Source: Andalucia godoyi And28 (Eukaryota > Protista > Jakobida). Taken from it: a stretch of 64,000 nt of DNA. Each line of letters opens with the position of its first letter. Position 1 is the first letter of the stretch. Below, one piece after another: positions 1 to 6,872 of the stretch. The stretch covers positions 276,934-340,933 of the forward strand of contig VRVR01000004.1 of assembly GCA_009859145.1 (NCBI GenBank), read 5' to 3'. A program made the position numbers and the translations under genes. The notes under the pieces are model-generated. The model searched no databases, had not been told where the DNA came from, and saw nothing but the letters and a program-made list of their open reading frames with translations.

Positions 1-4
<4 letters not shown>

Positions 5-32
<28 letters not shown>
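5..32. repeat. (CT)n microsatellite / pyrimidine tract upstream of the first gene
   Basis: Directly visible CT dinucleotide run. Confidence 0.9.
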
Positions 33-38
<6 letters not shown>

Positions 39-261
39 TCTCTTTTCTTCTCTTCTCTTCTCTTTTCTATTTTTCTGCCTTCCAAGCGTAATAGAACAGA
101 GGAAGAGGAAGAATAGAAAGAAAACGAAAATCGAAAATTGAAAAAGAAGAAGAAGGCTGTCATCATCATCGCCGCATATTCTGTGCCCTCTCTCCCTCTC
201 CCTCTCCCTTCTCGCGTTTATCCAACGGCAAAAGAACGGTGTGTCTGAGAATTATGAAAAC

Positions 262-2541
262 ATGTCGCATTCTGAAATAATCACTGACTCGTCGTCGTCA
301 GCGTCGTCGGCTTCGGTTGCAGTGCCTTCAAGTGCACCTCTTGCGTCCCCGACTGTGCATTCCAGAACTTCGTTTTCGTTCAGGCATCCAACCTTTTCGT
401 CGTTTCGTTATGCTCCATCGTATGAATATCAGTCGCATGCTGTGACCATGCAGCATCCGTATCTGAGTGACCGTCACCACCACCTTCACCACCATCATCA
501 TCATAATCTGTCGCATGGGTTTGGTTCCCACTCTGTCCACAATGGACATGTGCAGCAAGCACAGCATCTGTCACATCCCAGTCTGCCCCCGACACATCAT
601 CACCATTCTCATCACCATGGTCCTGCACAACAGCACGTGATACATGCAAGCAGCCACCACAGCAGCCATCCGCATCACATGCTTGTCATGGGAAAGGTGG
701 CATCAGCAGAGGCCGGTAACGGGTTCCTTGCAAATTCAACCTTTTTTCATCAAAGTGCACCTGTTGCTTCTCCATTGGCTGCTGCTTCGTCTGGCAGTAC
801 AGCGTATAACGTGGATCGCACCCCATCGAATAGCTTGTCTACATCTCCTGGAAGCTTTCACAGCCGATTTTCGTCCAAGGAGATTGCACCTACTCTGTCT
901 GTTCCTGGGCAGCCTCGTCATCAACATCACTACCAGCAACAACCACAGCAGCTCCAAGAAGCTCAGCAGCGGCTATTTCCTGCGTCTGCGGCGGAAATCG
1001 AAACACACGCTGCGGAGCTGGCTGCGGATGCAACTGCAATTGGTGAAAAGGAGCGGCGAAGGGTCACGCAGGCATGTGTGCAGTGTAAGAAAATCCACCG
1101 ATCATGTGACTCGGGGACGCCGTGCACCCGGTGCTCGGAGCGCGGCATTGCGCATGAGTGCTCGTATGGAGATAGACGGAAGCGAGGACGCAAGACGTCG
1201 CCGCAGGCCACCAACACACCAACCTCTGTAGGTGCTTCGGATGCTTCGAGTTTGGGTATTGCCAATGCTAGAGCAGATGGAAAGTGTAGCTTGTTGGACA
1301 GCCGGCGAGATGCGAGTTCGAATTCCGGCTCCGAGGAGGGTGATTTACTGACAGAATCCCCGGCTGCCGCTCCGGTTGCAATGTCTGTTCCTTCCAGCCA
1401 ATGTTCGAATCAGGTCACTCCGAGGTCGCTGATTGTCAAGCCGACTCCTGTCCATGCGTCTGCGGTTTCTTCACAATCTTCGTCTCCTACTATGGCTCCC
1501 TTCAATCAGTATTTACCGACGAAGTTGGGGCATCCACTTTCGTTCCCCTCGGCGCCTGTGAAACATTGCTCTTCCATGCAGTCTGGAAACGCAGTGAACA
1601 TGATGCCCCTCCCATTTGCGAAACGCCAGAGGACCGAAAGCAATTCGTCGTGCTCTGCTGTCGAAAGCATTGTTCAGGACTGTGTTGCAGACTTGTTTTT
1701 CCCGATTTTGGATGTTCGCTCCAAATCATGCAACGATGAACAAGACCATGCAAAAGGTCTCGAAGCGAAGGTGTTGGCATTGCTTCAGCGAGCTTGTCGT
1801 CTTCCATCATCATTGCGTCCTGAACAGCGAGCGAAACTGAATTCCGATCCGATTATTACCTTGGTGCCATCAACTGCAGCAGTCAAACTGGTGTCTGGTG
1901 CTTTGGTTCATTGTGATTCACCATCTTCCTGGCATCCGCAGTCACCTCCGTTCCACGGACAGATCATATCTGGATCGACGTCTTCCGCCAACGTGATGGA
2001 TTCAATGCCCGTTCCATTCTGCGTGTTTGATGGACACGGCAACATTGTGTCACATAACTCGGCATTTATCGAATCTTTTGGACAGTGTAATGGTGATAGC
2101 CAGTCCGTTGCGCGCTCTGCAGTTCGGTTGGAGGACCATCCTTCAACGAACCATGCCATGTCTCCCGGATGTCCGACGATGCGCTCTCCATCGGAATCTG
2201 CGTCTTCAGATGGGTCCAACTGTTCCGGTTGCTCATCACCTACCATGCTGCCAGCGCAGGCGCCGTTGTCTTTGTCGGCATCGTCTTTGCGGAATTCCCA
2301 TGTTATGACATGCATGGACCACGCTTCGTCTGTGCTGTTCGCACATGCCGTTGCGGACGCATTGTTGGGCGTGAAAACTGGAAAAAATCCAGAAGAGACT
2401 ATTCATGAAGGCTTGTTTGGCCACGTCGACTTTAAGATGAAGGTGCGTGCAGGCGGATGTGACTGGTTTTGTGCCTGCCGAGCACTTCGAGGTGCTGACG
2501 GACTGTTGTTGTGGTCCTCAGCAGTGTTTTCACCTTTATGA
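262..2541 (+). CDS. Zn(II)2Cys6 binuclear-cluster transcription factor with His-rich disordered N-terminus and C-terminal PAS-like segment (Ert1/AcuK/Rds2/Gsm1-like architecture)
   Basis: RRRVTQACVQCKKIHRSCDSGTPCTRCSERGIAHECSYGDRRKRGRK fits CxxC-x6-C-x5-CxxC-x7-C with a basic flank. MPVPFCVFDGHGNIVSHNSAFIESFG resembles a PAS N-terminus. The track starts at GTG 241; the first in-frame ATG is at 262. Confidence 0.85.
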   Translation: MSHSEIITDSSSSASSASVAVPSSAPLASPTVHSRTSFSFRHPTFSSFRYAPSYEYQSHAVTMQHPYLSDRHHHLHHHHHHNLSHGFGSHSVHNGHVQQAQHLSHPSLPPTHHHHSHHHGPAQQHVIHASSHHSSHPHHMLVMGKVASAEAGNGFLANSTFFHQSAPVASPLAAASSGSTAYNVDRTPSNSLSTSPGSFHSRFSSKEIAPTLSVPGQPRHQHHYQQQPQQLQEAQQRLFPASAAEIETHAAELAADATAIGEKERRRVTQACVQCKKIHRSCDSGTPCTRCSERGIAHECSYGDRRKRGRKTSPQATNTPTSVGASDASSLGIANARADGKCSLLDSRRDASSNSGSEEGDLLTESPAAAPVAMSVPSSQCSNQVTPRSLIVKPTPVHASAVSSQSSSPTMAPFNQYLPTKLGHPLSFPSAPVKHCSSMQSGNAVNMMPLPFAKRQRTESNSSCSAVESIVQDCVADLFFPILDVRSKSCNDEQDHAKGLEAKVLALLQRACRLPSSLRPEQRAKLNSDPIITLVPSTAAVKLVSGALVHCDSPSSWHPQSPPFHGQIISGSTSSANVMDSMPVPFCVFDGHGNIVSHNSAFIESFGQCNGDSQSVARSAVRLEDHPSTNHAMSPGCPTMRSPSESASSDGSNCSGCSSPTMLPAQAPLSLSASSLRNSHVMTCMDHASSVLFAHAVADALLGVKTGKNPEETIHEGLFGHVDFKMKVRAGGCDWFCACRALRGADGLLLWSSAVFSPL

Positions 2542-2714
2542 TTACAGTTTTTTTGAAGTATAATCGCTTATCTGTTGCTGCTTGTCCCAGATCCTCATGA
2601 GGAGTTTGCTTTCTCTCTGGCCCTTTTTCCTGCGGCTACGTTTGATCGTGTGTTTTGCTTCTTTCTATATTATGTATTGTATAATGCATTGTGCATCATG
2701 TGATGTTTGCTTTT

Positions 2715-2760
2715 GTGTTCCGTGTTCCGTGTTCCGTGTTCCGTGTTTGCGTGTTTGCGT
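2715..2760. repeat. Tandem GTGTTCC heptamer x4 followed by GTGTTTGC x2
   Basis: Directly visible in the 3' flank of the Zn-cluster gene. Confidence 0.85.
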
Positions 2761-3426
2761 ATTTTGTGTTCTGTTTCTCCAATGCTTCCGTCCTGTTTGT
2801 TTTGACGCTCCCGGAAGCTTCACTTACCGTCTGTGATAGCTCCTCCGTACGAATATCCGTTTTATGTCTCGTTTTGTAACTTCCCGATCGTTTTGTCTCT
2901 CCCGTGTCTGCTATGTCTGCTATGTCTTGTGTGGCATGGTGCTCAGCTGTTGCATGTTGTTGATGTTTTCCCCCTTAATTTTCGATGAATTCCATCGCTC
3001 ATTGAAACTCGTTCATCGTTCATCGCTCGTCAATTTCGCTCGTGATCGTTTTCCATTGTATGGACTCCTGTTCACGTTTTCCCGTTCTTGAAAATAAAGT
3101 AACTAATAATTAATTTAAAAAAAATAGAATCGTTCTGTTTCGCAAATGCTACGTGCAACCTTCTTGTATTGCGACTTGCGACATGCGCCTTGGGGCGAGT
3201 TGAGAATCGTCAGCAAAAATGCAATTTGCATTGTGTTTTCGAAATGCCGAATTCAACCTTTCCCAAGCTTCGCTCTCGTTTCCTGTGCTTTCTTTGCCTT
3301 TTGCTTTTGCTTTTGCTTTTGTTTTTTGTTTTTGCTTTTGTTTTCGATTTGTTTTTGTTTTCGATTTTCGATTCTTCGCGTGTACCTTGGATCTCTTTGG
3401 TGTTGCCTGCCTTGGCATTTCTTTGG

Positions 3427-5313
3427 ATGAATCGATTTCTACGGCGAATTGTTCCATTTCGGAAGCTTTCCACAACTCAAGGAGTTGGGAGGCCGTTTTC
3501 GTTTTCGCGCTTCAAAGGAAACGACGCGGAGTCCGCAGCAGGGACGCATTTGCATGCCAAGAATGCGCCTACAGCCTCGGATCTCAACGTTCCACTGCCG
3601 AATCTTCCTTCTGAAGCATACGAAGTTCATGTCCCGTTTTCCGAAATTGAACCGAAATTCAAGTCTTCTGCAAACAACACTAATACCAATGCTGGAGTTT
3701 CGAATCTGAAAGTTCGGCCGACGATTTCAAGCGTGAAGATTGCGATACCGGGTCATGATGCACCAGTGTCTCTCCGAGTGGTGTCCTACGATTCCAGAGA
3801 TGCGGTGTGTGCACTGGGCATATGCCTTCCTCCAAACCTTTCTATTGCTCCTTTTGTGCTGGAGCGCAGTTTCTTCCACATGCCGGTGTTGCCTATTCCA
3901 TCGAGTGCATTGCGGAACTCGGAATTTGACTTGACAACTGAAAAGGGAATTGCAGATTTTTCCAACGGAACTGGCGGGATGGTCCAGGCTGTGTGTTCCT
4001 TTAGCGACACTGTTCTTGCTGCTGAGTGTTTGACGGATCATGCACCCGACTACTTGGAAATCTTGACTCGTGCTGCCTGGTCCACGCGCTTCCCTCGAGC
4101 AGTACTCGACATTCAAAACAAATTCAATGCGGCAGTCGAGAATCAGCATTCTCAGCAGGCGAACGATAATGCTGCAAGTTCTGAAGTGAATATGCCAGCT
4201 TTGGGTGAAACGACGGATGCTGCGGTTGCAAGAATTCTGAGTGACGCTTCTTGGAAAATGGAGGATCCTGGGACTGCAATACAAAATGGAGCGTACTTTT
4301 CATCCTTTAGACCACCGGCTGCAGACGACCATCCGTTTTCTTTCGTGCAGCCTCTCAAGCCGCTTGATACCGCTTTTATTGACAGTCTGGACGAGAATGG
4401 GCTTGTGTGGACACCTGATCCGTCACAGTGTGTCGTATCTGCAGTCGGAATGCCGCATGACAAGTTGCTCCAGGTCATCGAATCCACTGTGATTCCTATT
4501 GTCCAAGCAGCATTTGCGAATAGCACGCATCCAAAGTTTCCAGCAATTCCGAATCCTCCAAGTTTCCAATTCCAAAGTGCAACATTTGAAGCTGTACACC
4601 CTGAACAGGCACTTACAATTCCACTGCATTTGCCTCCTCTGACGCATCTCTTTGTTGGTTTTCCCGGCCCGGCATTTTATCACCCGGATTTCGCAGCAGC
4701 TCTGGTTGCCCGCGCAGTTCTCGGTGGCGGATCATCGTTTTCTTCGGGAGGCCCTGGGAAGGGCATGCACTCTCGCCTGTACAAGGACGTAATGTCAGCT
4801 GGATATCCTTTAGAAAGCATCCATGCAAGGCTTGATCCGGCGCCGTCTCATGCTGCGACTTCTTGTTCCATATTTGCATTGACAGGCGCAGCGCCCCAGC
4901 AATACGTCGAGTATCTGTACATGGCTATGTTCACGCAACTTTCACGGTTGGTTTGGGATCCTATTTCCCCAGCAGAGCTTGCTCGAGCGAAGAACCAGGC
5001 AGTCTCCAGTCTTTGGATGGGTCTTGAGTCCAGAAAGCACCTTATGGAAGACTTGGTGCGGCAGGTAAGAAGGTATTCTGCATGGTTTTCCCTCGATGAT
5101 CTGTCGGATCAGATTTCAAGAGTTACCTCGGATCAAGTCATGCAGGTTGTGAAATCCATGGTTATGGGTGCAATCGACGAAAACAGCGGTTCCGTAGGCC
5201 GTGGTATGGTGCTATCTGTGTATGGTCAGACGAGCAACGTTCCTAACCGATCTGCTTTTGTGACGATGTTTTCAGAACACCTGTCGCAGTCCAAGAAGTT
5301 TTATCAGAAGTAA
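3427..5313 (+). CDS. PMPCA: Mitochondrial processing peptidase alpha subunit (M16B, non-catalytic)
   Basis: Glycine-rich loop LGGGSSFSSGGPGKGMHSRLY and C-terminal ELARAKNQ...LESR...EDLVRQV. ATG 3427 gives an Arg-rich presequence-like MNRFLRRIVPFRKLST. The track extension upstream is T-rich UTR. Confidence 0.9.
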   Translation: MNRFLRRIVPFRKLSTTQGVGRPFSFSRFKGNDAESAAGTHLHAKNAPTASDLNVPLPNLPSEAYEVHVPFSEIEPKFKSSANNTNTNAGVSNLKVRPTISSVKIAIPGHDAPVSLRVVSYDSRDAVCALGICLPPNLSIAPFVLERSFFHMPVLPIPSSALRNSEFDLTTEKGIADFSNGTGGMVQAVCSFSDTVLAAECLTDHAPDYLEILTRAAWSTRFPRAVLDIQNKFNAAVENQHSQQANDNAASSEVNMPALGETTDAAVARILSDASWKMEDPGTAIQNGAYFSSFRPPAADDHPFSFVQPLKPLDTAFIDSLDENGLVWTPDPSQCVVSAVGMPHDKLLQVIESTVIPIVQAAFANSTHPKFPAIPNPPSFQFQSATFEAVHPEQALTIPLHLPPLTHLFVGFPGPAFYHPDFAAALVARAVLGGGSSFSSGGPGKGMHSRLYKDVMSAGYPLESIHARLDPAPSHAATSCSIFALTGAAPQQYVEYLYMAMFTQLSRLVWDPISPAELARAKNQAVSSLWMGLESRKHLMEDLVRQVRRYSAWFSLDDLSDQISRVTSDQVMQVVKSMVMGAIDENSGSVGRGMVLSVYGQTSNVPNRSAFVTMFSEHLSQSKKFYQK

Positions 5314-5436
5314 TGTATTCTTTTTTTCTGTAACTTGTACAGGAATCCCGACAACAAGCCACACGTTATTTGCTGTTTCTTAAATTCCCTTCTGCAGTAA
5401 GCGAAGACACCAGTTTTTGGCTGCGTTCCGCTTGTC

Positions 5437-5713
5437 AAAAACATGAATCATTATTGGTCATCGGGCCAAACTGTCACCGAAGACAGATCCAGTTTCGGGA
5501 GAACACCAACTCTCCCATGCAGATTGCTCTGCACCAAAGGGGTCATCGCCTCTTCCTGCTCTCCGCCTCCGACAAGAGGGGGATCAACGGGTTTCTTGAT
5601 TCTCGGTATCTTCGGGCACGGCCAGTTTGAGATTGTTGGGAAGATCGTCTCTTTGGAGCCATGAGATGCCTTGTCTTTGTCTCTGATGAAAGGTGCTGCT
5701 TGAGGGTTCGATT
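5437..5713 (-). ncRNA. Candidate ~275-nt structured ncRNA, copy 1, family unidentified
   Basis: Minus-strand hairpins: TGCAGA-GCAA-TCTGCA (5518-5533, GNRA loop), an 8-bp GGGAGAGT stem with two G.U pairs (5497-5516), a cUUCGg-containing stem (5471-5486), and CCTCTT/AAGAGG (5549-5579). Ends in T5. Present in two copies. Confidence 0.55.
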
Positions 5714-5775
5714 AAAAAATATTGAGAAAAAAAAAACCAGAAAATAGTGGAAGGAAGAAAAGCGGGGACTTGACT
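5445..5775. repeat. Dispersed repeat copy 1 (direct duplicate of 22205-22535)
   Basis: 331 bp identical to copy 2 except one A/G at 5727/22487, offset 16760. Weaker similarity extends about 20 nt on each side. Confidence 0.97.
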
Positions 5776-5894
5776 ACGGTAGGAACATCGTGTTGTTTTG
5801 ATGATCAACGTTGGAACCCAAAGCTGTCAAAACCGTTGACCTGCGACGACGGCCAACTTCCTAAGTGATGCAGGGCCGCTTCTTTTCGTTCATT

Positions 5895-5967
5895 ACCCGG
5901 TTAGCTCAGTCGGTAGAGCATGAGACTCTTAATCTCAGGGTCGTGGGTTCGACCCCCACATTGGGTG
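5895..5967 (+). tRNA. tRNA-Lys-CTT: tRNA-Lys(CTT)
   Basis: Full cloverleaf: acceptor ACCCGGT/ATTGGGT plus G73, D arm GCTCAGTCGGTAGAGC, anticodon arm TGAGA-CTCTTAA-TCTCA, T arm GTGGG-TTCGACC-CCCAC. Confidence 0.98.
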
Positions 5968-5971
5968 CTTC

Positions 5972-5981
5972 TTTTTTTTTT
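5972..5981 (+). terminator. RNA polymerase III T-run terminator of tRNA-Lys
   Basis: T10 starting a few nucleotides after the discriminator base. Confidence 0.85.
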
Positions 5982-6872
5982 GGCCTGTTTTTGCAATTTG
6001 CACACACACAAAAAGGATTTTTTTCCTTTTTTTCGAATTTGTGTCAAGGTCGTGTTTTTGACAAGAAATGCTTGGCGACTTTTTTCAATGCGACAGCCGA
6101 CTTGGCCTTTCAAGAAATCGATCCTGAATTACACAGTGTCTTTTCTTAGATGTTTTCGCACGCTCGGCTGCCGGCGCCAATACGGAAATTCTCCATCACG
6201 TTCATTCAGAAGATGAGAAGAAGAAGCTGTAATAGCCAAATTCAAAGAATAGGCCTCGGATACCTTCGAGAAATCTCGTCGGACAAAGCGGACGCTGGGG
6301 AAGAGCAGAAAGAGATCACGTTCGAGCACGATTAAGGAATATCAGATCAAGCTGCTGTGGCTTGATTCAAAACCCATTCTACGTACCCCATCAAGACAGA
6401 ACGTTGCAACGACGACGATTGGGCATCTAAGTTCGCTGAGCATACTTTGAACCAGAACAGTTACGGTACTTGTGAAGCGGAAAGCACAGCACAGTTTTTG
6501 GAAAGGAAGCCGAAGACATTCTATTTGCAAGATTCAAGTGATGCACGTGGACGCTTGCTGTCGTAACCCGCTAGCGGAAAAGCCGCCAGCCGCAACACTA
6601 ACTGCGTGATATCGAATATGAGCACATCCGGATGACTGCCGACCGGATCCAAGTAGGAAGAGTGGAACACGATTCCGGTCGGGACACGGATCGCATCTCT
6701 CGTGAAATTGTTGTTCTGTTTTCTTTTTTTCTCTTTCCTCCACAAAGTTTACGTTTGCTGAGAATACTTGCCAAGCAAACCAGGAAGAAAATAAGCAGCA
6801 GGTCAGAGCATCTGATATGTGGGTGTCACAAAATCAGTGAGTGAGAACCGAGAAAGGAGATTTAAAAAAGCC

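Noticed and set aside
5698-5712. AACCCTCAA near the 5' end of the duplicated RNA as a telomerase template
   Set aside because: It would encode TTGAGGG rather than TTAGGG, sits only about 5 nt from the predicted 5' end, and telomerase RNA is normally single-copy. Revisit only if chromosome ends carry TTGAGGG.
5445-5775. Duplicated element as a SINE, MITE or small protein gene (86-aa and 73-aa ORFs)
   Set aside because: There are no terminal inverted repeats or target-site duplications, homology continues past the A-rich run, the GGTTCGATT B-box-like motif has no A box, and the ORF starts differ between the copies.
6030-6566. Protein-like plus-strand frame interrupted by TAG 6147, TAA 6333 and TGA 6363 (pseudogene or stop recoding)
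   Set aside because: No recognisable family. Three different stop types argue against recoding, and all other genes use the standard code.
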